64,000 bases of DNA from Parcubacteria group bacterium (GCA_016188785.1 JACPHD010000001.1:26300-90299), one strand, 5' to 3'; positions 48,259 to 58,019 are shown, counted from the stretch's first letter. Numbers and translations are program-made. The notes: a model not told the origin generated them from the sequence alone.

Positions 48259-49686
48259 TCATTTTTTACTTACCCTCTGCCCGCTTTTAGTATCTTCCAC
48301 TCTATAGCCTTGTTTTTCAATTTCTTGCCGCAATTTATCCGATTCTTGAAAATTATTTTCTTGTCTGGCTTTTTCTCTGGTCTTAATTATAGCCTGAATA
48401 TTTTCAGGCAGGTCAATGTTTTGCAATTCCTCTTTAATATTTAAACCTAAAACTCTATCAAAATCTAAAATCGTGGCCAATTTCTCTTTACCAGATAACT
48501 TTGACTTTAAAACTTCCTGCGCTACTGCCAGCGCTTGCGGCGTATTCAAATCGTCATTTACAACCGATAAAAATTTATTTTTAAAATTTTCATTTACATT
48601 CCTAATTCCTAATTCATGATTCCTAATTCCTAATTCTCTTATTTGATTATATAAATGCTTTAGCCCTTTTTCCGCGTTTAAAATAGTTTCTTCACTATAC
48701 TCCATAGTCTTGCGGTAATGCGTTCCTAAAGCCGCGAACCTAAAGGCCAGCGGATCAATGCTCTTTTTTATTAAAGCATTTTCCAGCGTCAGGAAATTCT
48801 CTTCCGACTTAGCCATTTTCTTGCCGCCGGCGATATTTAAAAACGCGCCATGCAACCAAAAATTAAAAAACTTCTTGCCCGTGGCCGCCTGGCTTTGCGC
48901 GATTTCGTTGGTATGATGCACGTTGATATGATCAATGCCGCCGCAATGAATGTCCAATTGACTTTTGAGAATTGCCAAACTCATAGCCGAGCATTCAATA
49001 TGCCAGCCGGGAAAGCCGACCCCCCAAGGTGAATCCCATTCCATCTGCCTTTTTGCTATTTTCACCCCCCTGATAAGGGGGGTAAGGGGGGTTGAAAACT
49101 TCCATAAAGCAAAATCCGTTGGATTCTTTTTTTCCTCATTCTTTTCCACCCTGGCGCCTTCTTTTAAAGCCGCTAAATTTTGCCGGCTTAATTTAGCATA
49201 ATCTTTAAATTTAGCCGTATCATAGTAAAGGCCGTCAGTAGTTTTATAAGTATAGCCTTTGGTTTCTAAAATTTTTATTAAATCAATCTGCTCTTTAATG
49301 TAATCAGTGGCTTTGCACCAAACCTCCGGTTCTAAAATATTTAATTTTTTAATATCTTTTTTAAACTCTTGGGTATAAAACTCGGCGATTTGCCAAGCCG
49401 TCTTATGCTCCCGTTTAGCCCCGATTTCTAATTTATCCTCGCCCATATCGCGGTCGCCGGTTAAATGGCCAACATCGGTTATGTTCATGACGTGCCGTAC
49501 TTTGTAGCCGTTATAAATTAAAACGCGCTTTAAAATATCTTCAAACAAATAAGCGCGCAAATTGCCTAAATGCGCGTAATTATAAACCGTGGGCCCGCAA
49601 GTATAAAGTCCGACTTGTCCTTTTTTAATCGGCTTAAATTCCTGTTTTTTCCGGCCTAAAGTATTGTATAAAAATAGTTTGTTCAT
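48259..49686 (-). CDS. cysS: Cysteine--tRNA ligase
   Basis: YTCGPTVY, HLGN, GFPGWHIECSAM, DIHCGG, KMAKS. Confidence 0.97.
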   Translation of the reverse strand: MNKLFLYNTLGRKKQEFKPIKKGQVGLYTCGPTVYNYAHLGNLRAYLFEDILKRVLIYNGYKVRHVMNITDVGHLTGDRDMGEDKLEIGAKREHKTAWQIAEFYTQEFKKDIKKLNILEPEVWCKATDYIKEQIDLIKILETKGYTYKTTDGLYYDTAKFKDYAKLSRQNLAALKEGARVEKNEEKKNPTDFALWKFSTPLTPLIRGVKIAKRQMEWDSPWGVGFPGWHIECSAMSLAILKSQLDIHCGGIDHINVHHTNEIAQSQAATGKKFFNFWLHGAFLNIAGGKKMAKSEENFLTLENALIKKSIDPLAFRFAALGTHYRKTMEYSEETILNAEKGLKHLYNQIRELGIRNHELGIRNVNENFKNKFLSVVNDDLNTPQALAVAQEVLKSKLSGKEKLATILDFDRVLGLNIKEELQNIDLPENIQAIIKTREKARQENNFQESDKLRQEIEKQGYRVEDTKSGQRVSKK

Positions 49687-49756
49687 ATTTTCTCACTTAT
49701 AAGGGGGGAAATTCCCACCCCCTTGACTTTTATTTTAAATTTGCTATATTGATATT

Positions 49757-49835
49757 AACATTGGCCGAACACTGTCCGTATGGCAGGTTTCCCTCGCGGG
49801 ATAGGCCATTCCCCCTTTAATGGGGGTTTTTTGTT
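49757..49835 (+). ncRNA. Putative DUF3800-associated structured RNA
   Basis: Own promoter TTGACT(49723)-TATATT; closing stem tggcc/ggcca around two hairpins (ctgtc-cgtat-ggcag, tccc-tcgc-ggga); terminator ccccc-tttaat-ggggg-T6; convergent with the DUF3800 gene. Confidence 0.6.
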
Positions 49836-50409
49836 ACAATTCTTCCGAAATCTTATTTTTAATAAGCTCATCAACCGCCTTTTTCGCCCAATTATTTTTT
49901 TCTTCCCTAGAATCTCTGATTAAACCGCAAACCGCGTCAACCAATCTGATAAAAACATTATTTTCATCTTTTTTTACGCCCCTGACTTTTTTAGTCTTAA
50001 TTTTTAAATCTCTTAAACCCTTAATAAAAATCGCCAGTTCTTTTTTCCTTAAGCCGTCCACAAAAACCGTCGCTTTATAATCACCGCCGGATTTTTTTAA
50101 AATGGCTTTAGCCGTCACGTAGGCAGTAAGCTCCAAATATTTTTTCGTATCGCTGAAAATCTCAAAAAATATTTTATTGCGCAAAATATCAAGCCGGGAA
50201 ATTCCTTTAATATATTCTTGGCGGCATTCGCGCCGCGCTTTATGCCATTTAAGATTATTCTTGCCGCTGGCTTTTTCTATATTTTCCAATTTATCCGCCA
50301 AATTTTCCCTTTCACGCTCCATGATCAAAACGCTTACCACAAAGACTAAACCTTTAGTATCTTGGCCGGACTCATCCACATAAGCGTAGATTTTCTTTTT
50401 ATCTGCCAT
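49834..50409 (-). CDS. DUF3800-domain protein
   Basis: YVDESGQD N-terminus, KW, IRLVDAVCG C-terminus. Confidence 0.85.
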   Translation of the reverse strand: MADKKKIYAYVDESGQDTKGLVFVVSVLIMERERENLADKLENIEKASGKNNLKWHKARRECRQEYIKGISRLDILRNKIFFEIFSDTKKYLELTAYVTAKAILKKSGGDYKATVFVDGLRKKELAIFIKGLRDLKIKTKKVRGVKKDENNVFIRLVDAVCGLIRDSREEKNNWAKKAVDELIKNKISEEL

Positions 50410-50558
50410 AAATTTAACCGCCCATTAACAAAGGGAATTATCTTGTATTTATTCTACCCCAGCCTATTTTTTTAGGCAAGAAAATTATAAAAAAGAAGCG
50501 GGTTATGGTATTTGCTTTTTTAGCATTTGCTTTTAGCATTTACCATAACCCGCCTAGA

Positions 50559-50816
50559 TTAAATTTCCGCGAGATTCCACTCACTCTCAAGGCAGTCCGC
50601 AGACTCCTTGTCAAAAGTCCGCGCCCTTCCGTCTCTCAGACTGTACTCCCAGGTACCGTCCGCTGTCCGCCGAAGAGAGTATTCAACTCTCTGACCCCAT
50701 CCAGCCGAGAAACCCCGTTCCGTCTTTTTGAGACAAAAACAGTACTGTTGATCAGTGACGAGCCAAAGGCGCCCGTCTACCTGGCTTTTTTGCACGCGCG
50801 TTTTTACCTTTTCCAT
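50559..50816 (-). CDS. Hypothetical protein
   Basis: 85 aa ORF with AGGAGG RBS. Confidence 0.5.
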   Translation of the reverse strand: MEKVKTRVQKSQVDGRLWLVTDQQYCFCLKKTERGFSAGWGQRVEYSLRRTADGTWEYSLRDGRARTFDKESADCLESEWNLAEI

Positions 50817-50874
50817 TTTCCTTCCTCCTTTTTGTTTTTTATTCGCAAGCCGGGCGAGGTCGGCTTGCCTTTAT

Positions 50875-51399
50875 TTACTTTTTAGGCCTATAATCCTGCA
50901 TTTCTGGTGATACGGAAAAACCAAGCGACCAAGCAAGATTATGCGCACGCCAAAATTTTTCCCTCAACGCCATAAGTTTCGCGACATCGGGGCTCTTATC
51001 CAAGAACTCCTTCGCCAGCTCTTTTAGCTTGGCGTCTACCTTTTTTTGGTAGTGCTTAAACTCCCAAAACTCACATCTTGTTCTGATAACAAAAATTCTT
51101 CCATAACCTGCCCCAATTTCAAAAGTGGTTTTCCAGCCATAAGTATTCGGCAACTGAAAAAACATTTCTGAAAACTCCTGCTTGGCGCGTTTAAAAAAAC
51201 TCTCGGCGTAAAGGATAATTCCCAGGCAGATGAGGAGGGGAAGAGTTGCTGCCACAACAAAGTTTATTTCATAAATCTCCACAAAGGGCGGTGGAGACAG
51301 TAATGTAATCACCGTCAATACCTCTACTAAAAACCCTATGAACAAGGTAAATCTCTGGATTCCGCAGAGGTACCTTACGACCTTGTCCTGAAATTTCAT
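50875..51399 (-). CDS. Hypothetical membrane protein
   Basis: Two TM segments; AGGAGG RBS before MKFQDK at 51399. Confidence 0.55.
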   Translation of the reverse strand: MKFQDKVVRYLCGIQRFTLFIGFLVEVLTVITLLSPPPFVEIYEINFVVAATLPLLICLGIILYAESFFKRAKQEFSEMFFQLPNTYGWKTTFEIGAGYGRIFVIRTRCEFWEFKHYQKKVDAKLKELAKEFLDKSPDVAKLMALREKFWRAHNLAWSLGFSVSPEMQDYRPKK

Positions 51400-51591
51400 G
51401 ATAACTCCTCCTGGCCGTTTTCCGCGGCAAATTTTTTCCTCCGTTAAAAACAAAATTAACTCCAACCCCACAACTCTGACTATTCTTTTTAAGAATCCTC
51501 GCCTATTCTTTAAAGATCAGCCAGCAGTAAACTGACTATAAAACTTATAGCCAATTTACTGCTGACTCATCTTATTTTTTAAAGTACAATC

Positions 51592-54348
51592 TTAATCAGC
51601 CTCGTCAACATTAAATACAACGGTATCGGTGGGCGCGCCGTTAACTATGGCGTTAACGCCTGAAAGCTGACCCCGGGCAGTTATGTCCCGGATAAATAAA
51701 CTAATCTGGTCGCCAACCGCGGTTTTATCCGCGTCTAAAAACAAATCTAAAATAAGGTTTTCCCCCGGATCTAAGCTAAGGCCGCCAAAACTTATTTCAT
51801 TAACATCCGCCACCGGCCGGGACAGCCGCGAGCCAGCTTGCCTTAACCGGCCATTATCATCAGTAAAAGCAAACTTTAAATTACTAAAGCCATTATTGTT
51901 GGATAAATTGCCGGCCGAACCGAAAGAATTTATAATAGCGCGGTCTAATCTTACTTTCTCCGCCGCATTATTACTAAGATTGAAACTGGCGATTTTATTT
52001 TCTTTCTGCCCTTTAACCGCGTTGCCGCCGCTCAAACTTTTAATCTGTAAAACCGTCTGCGTAATCTCAACTTCCGGGCTGGCCACGCCCCGATTATTAA
52101 TCGCGGCCGGAATTTTACTATTCTCCCCCATGGCCCTGGCGCTTTCTACAAAAAATTTCACCGTGCCGTCCGCGCTAAGGTCCAGATCAGCTTTAACAAA
52201 AATGTCAACCGAATCGCCGGCTCTTACCCCGGCCCTTAAATCGGCGAACTTATATGAATCCGCGTTTGGCTCGGCAATTATTTCGCTAATTCTGGAGCCG
52301 CCGCGATACAGGGCTAAATTACTGAAACCATTGGCAAAATTTACCGGCGTAAAACCGGCCACATTGGCCACGGTTAGGTTGGTGATAATTAAATCTTCCT
52401 CTTTGACCGCTTCGGCCTTAAAGGCCGCCAAGACCACCTGCTTTCTGCCGGCTACGGCTAATTCATTATCGCTGATTCGGCCGGCGAATAAATGAAGCGA
52501 AGGTTCAATTACCTGTATTTTCGGCCCGGCCAATAAAACATTATCACGGCGCAAAACATTATCATCAGCAATATTATAATTTACACTTTTAATCAAAATC
52601 TGATAGCTGTCGCCGGACAAAGCCGTTTCCGGAATATGCGCCCTTAACTGGAATTTAATAGTTTTGCCTTTAGGCGCGTTAAAACCGCTTAAACTGATTT
52701 CCGCAAAATTACCGTCAACTTTTCTGCCGTCAACCAGGCCCAGCTCGGCCTTGTTTTGCGCGTCAAAAATTTTTACCGACTTGTCTAAAGCCGGCGTTTC
52801 GCCTGATCTTACGACTTGCAAAGTCAGGGAAGAAAGTTTTATGTCGCTGGTATTATTACGCAGTTCAAGCGAGCCTAAAAGCGCCTCTTCCTGGCCGGCA
52901 TAAATTAAACGTTCATTATCTTTTAAAGGACTGGCGGTTAAGAAAACCGGCGCCCGCTTGATTAAAAAATTATTAGCTTGGCCGCTTAAGGCCGGGTCAA
53001 TTTCCGTGAAAATGTCATAATTATTATCATCAAAAGCGCTTAGATCATATTTGCTGGCAAGAATAAATTTTACCGTGCGGTCTTCGCCGTTTATAATATC
53101 AACTTTAAGAGTTAAATCCAGGGAATTATTTTTGCCTAAAAACAGGCCCCTAATAAAAACAAAGTCGGCTTTTTGGCCAGTCATGTTTCGGACTTGACCT
53201 ACGGTCCGTCCGTTGGCCGAGACTAAAGTTAAATTTTTTAAATCTTCCGGCCGGGCCGAACCCACGTTAGTTAAAGTGATTCTTTCAATCACGATGTCTT
53301 CGTTGCCGCTTACTTCGGTCAAGCGGAAAGCCGCCACGGCCTTATTAGTTGAACCGATAACCGCTTCCTGGCTGTTTGAATTCAAAACCAAAGGCGAGGC
53401 CTTAAGCCGGCCTAAATTATTAACCCCGTCAATTAGCTTGAATTCCGGGCCGAACTGAGGAAAATCTCCATTTAACGGAGCGTCAGCGTCAACCTGGCTA
53501 GCCTTGAGCAAACCGAATTTTAAAGTCTGGCCGAAAACGCCGCTAACCGGTTTTATATCGGCTTTTAAATAAAATATTTTCGCTTGACCGGCCGGAATAA
53601 CTAAAGGCTCGGCGCTTAAATTAAGATACAAGCGGCCATTGGTTAAACTATTTTTTTCGCCTTTAACCTGGCCGGCTTGATCAGTTAAATAAAGCGCGTC
53701 AATAATATCGTCCGCGGACACGCCCTGGCGGGTAAAAGTAAGCGCCCTGACTTTAATGTCGCGCGCGAAAGATTCAAATATAAATGCCGCCACTATATTA
53801 GCGCGGCTGCTGGTCGGCAGATACGGTGAAGCCAGGGCCAGCGGCTTGGAAGTAATTACTAACCGGCCATTAGCCTCTTCGCCGGTTAATTCGCGATCAA
53901 GCGCGCCGGCCGCTTTAAGCCCGGAAAAATCAACCGGTTTATATTCATTAAGATCAGCGGCCAGAACAGTGACAATCTGATTCCATTTAAAGCCGGAGTC
54001 AATAAACTGCTGTTCGGATTTAATCAAGGCTTTTTGGCCGTTAACAATATAATAAACCGAACGGCTGTTCTTGATTTTAACTAATTTCAGTTCCGGCCAT
54101 TTATTTAATTCCGCGCTGCTGATAATTTTAATGTCGCTCCATTTATTGCCATAAGCCAAAAAAGCTTTACTGTTCACATAAGCTTTTTTAAGCCCGCGCG
54201 CGTGATCCAAATAATATACTACCGGACTATCAGCGGTTTTAACCTGTTTAATTTTAGGATTAACAACGCCATAAGCCGCCCAGGCATTTGGCGCGCTAAT
54301 AAGCAAATAAATAATAGTAATTATGGCTAATTTTAAAAAATTTAACAT
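51592..54348 (-). CDS. Large secreted/surface protein with repeated beta-sandwich-like modules
   Basis: Signal peptide (AWA); two N-terminal VYY...K....F...G.KW..I repeats, then recurring F.L.....EDI.I..IT...NL.L modules. Confidence 0.75.
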   Translation of the reverse strand: MLNFLKLAIITIIYLLISAPNAWAAYGVVNPKIKQVKTADSPVVYYLDHARGLKKAYVNSKAFLAYGNKWSDIKIISSAELNKWPELKLVKIKNSRSVYYIVNGQKALIKSEQQFIDSGFKWNQIVTVLAADLNEYKPVDFSGLKAAGALDRELTGEEANGRLVITSKPLALASPYLPTSSRANIVAAFIFESFARDIKVRALTFTRQGVSADDIIDALYLTDQAGQVKGEKNSLTNGRLYLNLSAEPLVIPAGQAKIFYLKADIKPVSGVFGQTLKFGLLKASQVDADAPLNGDFPQFGPEFKLIDGVNNLGRLKASPLVLNSNSQEAVIGSTNKAVAAFRLTEVSGNEDIVIERITLTNVGSARPEDLKNLTLVSANGRTVGQVRNMTGQKADFVFIRGLFLGKNNSLDLTLKVDIINGEDRTVKFILASKYDLSAFDDNNYDIFTEIDPALSGQANNFLIKRAPVFLTASPLKDNERLIYAGQEEALLGSLELRNNTSDIKLSSLTLQVVRSGETPALDKSVKIFDAQNKAELGLVDGRKVDGNFAEISLSGFNAPKGKTIKFQLRAHIPETALSGDSYQILIKSVNYNIADDNVLRRDNVLLAGPKIQVIEPSLHLFAGRISDNELAVAGRKQVVLAAFKAEAVKEEDLIITNLTVANVAGFTPVNFANGFSNLALYRGGSRISEIIAEPNADSYKFADLRAGVRAGDSVDIFVKADLDLSADGTVKFFVESARAMGENSKIPAAINNRGVASPEVEITQTVLQIKSLSGGNAVKGQKENKIASFNLSNNAAEKVRLDRAIINSFGSAGNLSNNNGFSNLKFAFTDDNGRLRQAGSRLSRPVADVNEISFGGLSLDPGENLILDLFLDADKTAVGDQISLFIRDITARGQLSGVNAIVNGAPTDTVVFNVDEAD

Positions 54349-54360
54349 ATAATATAATTT

Positions 54361-54424
54361 ACCCCGTTAGAAAAATCTTTGACCAAACCAGGATAAACCC
54401 TGTTAAAAAAATTTCTAACTGGGT
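54361..54424. repeat. ACCCCGTTAGA-type element, copy 5
   Basis: accccgttagaaa...tttctaactgggt. Confidence 0.65.
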
Positions 54425-54597
54425 AAATAATTTTAATAACTTATTACTATATCATATATTCAATATTATGTCAAACGAGCTTGACATAATACGCTGCTTT
54501 TACTAATATTTATAGCAAAAGCGGCGAATGATGCCGCTTAACAAAAACAACCGGGCGTAAAAAATGCCCGGAAAATTTAATTTAGGAGGGTTAAAAA

Positions 54598-54798
54598 ATG
54601 AAGGAGAATAAGGAGAATAAGGTAGACGTTGTCTTGGCTCTAAACGCCGATCGGAAAAACACGGAACAAGCCACCGCGCCAGATCAGTGTACCTGCGGCA
54701 ACGATTGCTCTTGCCAGAAAAAAAACAACCAGCAAACCACAAGAGTAATCATAAGACGGCTAGGGTCACCGCTCGACGTGCCGCTCTTTTACCAGTAA
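54598..54798 (+). CDS. Small Cys-cluster protein
   Basis: AGGAGG RBS, CTCGNDCSC motif, downstream terminator. Confidence 0.55.
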   Translation: MKENKENKVDVVLALNADRKNTEQATAPDQCTCGNDCSCQKKNNQQTTRVIIRRLGSPLDVPLFYQ

Positions 54799-54816
54799 AA
54801 TAAATAAGACTTCAAG

Positions 54817-54855
54817 GCCGGCAGTTCTTCTCTGAACTGCCGGCTCGCTTTTTTT
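54817..54855 (+). terminator. Intrinsic terminator
   Basis: gccggcagttc..gaactgccggc followed by T7. Confidence 0.7.
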
Positions 54856-54856
54856 G

Positions 54857-54953
54857 ATTGGGTAGTATTTATAAAATTTTCGTGCGAGGACTGTTTGAGA
54901 CTGCCGCAGGCAGACGAGTTCCGCAGTAGAAAATTTTATAAATACTACCCAAT
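54857..54953. repeat. Inverted-repeat element with 25-bp arms
   Basis: attgggtagtatttataaaattttc ... gaaaattttataaatactacccaat. Confidence 0.7.
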
Positions 54954-54980
54954 AATCAAATGTCAATAATCTCTTGCCAT

Positions 54981-55595
54981 TTAACTTAATCCAACCTCAT
55001 CAATCACCACTAATTTTCGGCTGTCTAAAATGCCGTAAAGAAATATGTCCGTGATATCGCGGCGGTACTTAAACTCCTGGCTGTCAAAAACCGTGAAATT
55101 AATTTCTTTGCCCAACTCAACTTCCAGCTCCCTAATTAGTTTTACTAACTTGATTTTATTAATCTTGCCGACAATCAGTATATCAATTAAAGTATTTGGA
55201 TTATTAACAAAAATACCGGTCAAAATCAATAATTTTACTTTGCCGATGGCATTAAGCTTGCGCACAAAATCTTTTTCATACAAAATCTGCGCCTTAACGA
55301 TTAAAGCCTTAATCTCGTCAAACAAAACAAAATTAGGATTAGCGCGAAAATATTTTTTTTCCTGGCCGCCGGCCGCTTCTTTCTCGCCTTTCGTCGCTTC
55401 TTCTTTCATATCTGATTTTATATCTGACGTTAAAATGCCGAACTTTTCCAAGTTCTCCAGTTCGCGGCGCACCGAATTAAGCTGCAGTTTTAAGTCGCGC
55501 GATAATTGCCTGATATAAAACTTTTCCGCCGGATTAAGCAGAAATAATTTTAATATTTTAACCCTGGAATTTGAGCCGAATAATTTTTCAAGCAT
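54981..55595 (-). CDS. Winged-HTH transcriptional regulator with a nucleotidyltransferase-like C-terminus (CPR-conserved)
   Basis: LFGSNSRVKIL, FYIRQLSR, VRRELENL; IDILIVG, EINFTV. Confidence 0.75.
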   Translation of the reverse strand: MLEKLFGSNSRVKILKLFLLNPAEKFYIRQLSRDLKLQLNSVRRELENLEKFGILTSDIKSDMKEEATKGEKEAAGGQEKKYFRANPNFVLFDEIKALIVKAQILYEKDFVRKLNAIGKVKLLILTGIFVNNPNTLIDILIVGKINKIKLVKLIRELEVELGKEINFTVFDSQEFKYRRDITDIFLYGILDSRKLVVIDEVGLS

Positions 55596-55702
55596 GTCTT
55601 AATTGCTTATGGCTTAACTTATTTACAGTTTTATTGTATAATAAATATGTTATTTAGTCAAAAACAAATAACTTGATTTTATATTAACTAAATTCGCCTT
55701 TT

Positions 55703-57988
55703 ATGAATTATAAAATAGCCCAGTTTATCATAACTCCGGGCCAGCGCCATGACTTAATCCATGAAATTTATATCGCTCAGCCGGACGCGGACAAAGAAGC
55801 TTTGGCCGGAAAGCTGTTTGCTTTAATCGAGCTTCAAGCGAAAAAAACCGACAGCCTTAAAATTATTAATTTTTTAATTAGCGCTCTTAACCATGATTAT
55901 TATCAAAACGAGAAAATGATCTTGCGCGAGCGGGTGGCCAGCATAAAGATAGAACATATTTTTGAATCGGCTCTGGCTAAAACCAATAAAAAACTGGCGG
56001 AATTTTTGCTAAGTGAAAAAATCAGGCTAAACCCGGCGCGAGCCAATATCACTATCGGCGTAATTTATAATGACAGCCTGCATTTTTCCAATTTAGGGAA
56101 AAATAAAGCCCTACTGATATATAAAAGCAAAACCGAAAACAGTCTAAAATATAAACTAGCCGATATCACCGAGCAAACGGACAAGGGCGAGACAAAAAAA
56201 CCTTCAAACATAATCAAATTATTTTCTAATGTCGTTAGCGGCGCTCTGCCGCCGGGCGGCTATTTTATTTTCTCAAGCGAAACTCTCTCCGAGTACCTTT
56301 CAGCCAAGCAGATTATTGGCATTATAACGGCCTTACCGCCGGGCGGCGCGGCCGAACAAATTAAAAATACCCTAAGTAAAATTAACGCTTACGTGCCCTT
56401 TTTGGGCATTATCATAAAAAATACCGCCGGCGCGGACCTGGCGGAAATAAAAATTAAAAAGCCGATCGCCTCAACCAGGGCTTCAATTGATAATTTAATC
56501 GCCACCGAAGAGCAAACGGAAAAATTACTTACTCCTTCCGGCTTAGTCAACGGTAAAACCTGGTCATCTTTTTTTAACGGCCTAACCGGCCGCTTTAGCT
56601 TTAAGCCGACCCATCAAATCGGCGGAAAAACGTTTTTACTTAAAGATAAAATTTTTTCCGGAAAAAGAACCAGCTGGTTTTCTCTTAAAAAAATCTTTAA
56701 CCTTTTAAAAAGCTATCTAGTCTGGCTTATCGGCTTATCGGCTTACCTGTTTAAAATATTATCCAACAAAGAAAAGCTGGCCGCATTGTTTAGCCAGTTA
56801 ATTTTAAGCGCGAAAAATTCCTATCGAAAAATCAAGACAGCTTCATTCAGGCTGTTTTTCTGGTACAAAAATCTTAACCGAATGAATAAAATTTTATTAT
56901 CGGCTTTTTTAGTTTGCCTGATAATTCTTTATTCCGGCTTAACCTGGCAAAATATAAAAAATAAACAAGTAAAAAACCAAGCCGCCCTGGGCGGTTTAAT
57001 CGCGGCGATTGAGCAGAAACAAAACCAAATTGACGCCAGTTTATTATATAATAATGAAGCCGGTGCCAAAAAACTGCTTGAAGAAGTTAACGAGTTGATA
57101 GCGGAACTGCCGCGAAAAAACCAAGCGCAAAAAGACCAATATAATATATTAACGGCCAAACAGCGGGTACAAACGGAAAAAATAAGCCGGGTTGTCCGCA
57201 CCGAGGCGGTGGAAGTGGCTAATTTTATAAACCTTAACGCCGGCGCCAAGCCGGCTAATATTACCCTAACGCAAGAAAAAATATTTGCCGCTGACGCGGC
57301 GCAAAAAACCATCTACAGTATTGATTTAAAAAGCAAACTTACCACGGCCATAAGTTTAACCGGCCAAACTATAAGCCGGCTTGATTTTCCAGGCCTTGAC
57401 AAAAACAATAATATCGCTTATTTTAATGTCGGCAGTATTATCGTTTTTGACGCTAAAACCGAAAAATTATCCGCCCTAGAAATTGACTATCCGGCCAAGC
57501 CGCAAAAAATAATTGGCTTTAAACAATACAATAACCGCTATTATCTGGCCGACCAGATTAACCGGCAAATTTATCGTTTTAATAAAAACGGCTCTAAGCT
57601 AACCGGCGCCGCCTGGCTAAACTCGCCGGAAGATTTAACCGGCGCGGCCAGTCTTGATATTGACGGCAATGTTTATCTCTTAAAAAATAACGGCGAGATT
57701 TATCAGTACAGCAAAGGTAAAAAGCAAGAATTTCTCCTGGCCGAGATTGAACCGAATTTTAGCCAAGCGGCTAAACTCGCTCTTTCAGAAAAACAAGATC
57801 GCCTTTATATCTTTGAACCAGCCGGCAAAAGATTGGTTGTCTTTGATAAAAAAGGCAATTTTATCAATCAATACGTGAATGATAAATTAGATAACTTAAA
57901 AGATTTTCAAATTGATGAAGCTAATAAAAAAATATATTTCTTAAATGGCGCCGCGGTTTATTCTGTTGATATGATTAACACCAAATAA
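55703..57988 (+). CDS. Membrane protein with a PP2C-like N-terminal fold and C-terminal beta-propeller (CPR-conserved hypothetical)
   Basis: N-terminal alpha/beta domain, central TM helix, NHL-like repeats (IDGNVYLL, LYIFEP..KRLVVFDKKG). Confidence 0.65.
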   Translation: MNYKIAQFIITPGQRHDLIHEIYIAQPDADKEALAGKLFALIELQAKKTDSLKIINFLISALNHDYYQNEKMILRERVASIKIEHIFESALAKTNKKLAEFLLSEKIRLNPARANITIGVIYNDSLHFSNLGKNKALLIYKSKTENSLKYKLADITEQTDKGETKKPSNIIKLFSNVVSGALPPGGYFIFSSETLSEYLSAKQIIGIITALPPGGAAEQIKNTLSKINAYVPFLGIIIKNTAGADLAEIKIKKPIASTRASIDNLIATEEQTEKLLTPSGLVNGKTWSSFFNGLTGRFSFKPTHQIGGKTFLLKDKIFSGKRTSWFSLKKIFNLLKSYLVWLIGLSAYLFKILSNKEKLAALFSQLILSAKNSYRKIKTASFRLFFWYKNLNRMNKILLSAFLVCLIILYSGLTWQNIKNKQVKNQAALGGLIAAIEQKQNQIDASLLYNNEAGAKKLLEEVNELIAELPRKNQAQKDQYNILTAKQRVQTEKISRVVRTEAVEVANFINLNAGAKPANITLTQEKIFAADAAQKTIYSIDLKSKLTTAISLTGQTISRLDFPGLDKNNNIAYFNVGSIIVFDAKTEKLSALEIDYPAKPQKIIGFKQYNNRYYLADQINRQIYRFNKNGSKLTGAAWLNSPEDLTGAASLDIDGNVYLLKNNGEIYQYSKGKKQEFLLAEIEPNFSQAAKLALSEKQDRLYIFEPAGKRLVVFDKKGNFINQYVNDKLDNLKDFQIDEANKKIYFLNGAAVYSVDMINTK

Positions 57989-58019
57989 AAAAAGACGTAT
58001 CATAAAAAACGTCTTTTTT
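57987..58019. terminator. Bidirectional terminator
   Basis: aaaaaagacgt...acgtctttttt between convergent genes. Confidence 0.65.

Noticed and set aside
51683-52495. 270-aa plus-strand ORF and many other antisense ORFs in the track
   Set aside because: They are shadows of well-supported minus-strand genes and have no motifs or RBS.
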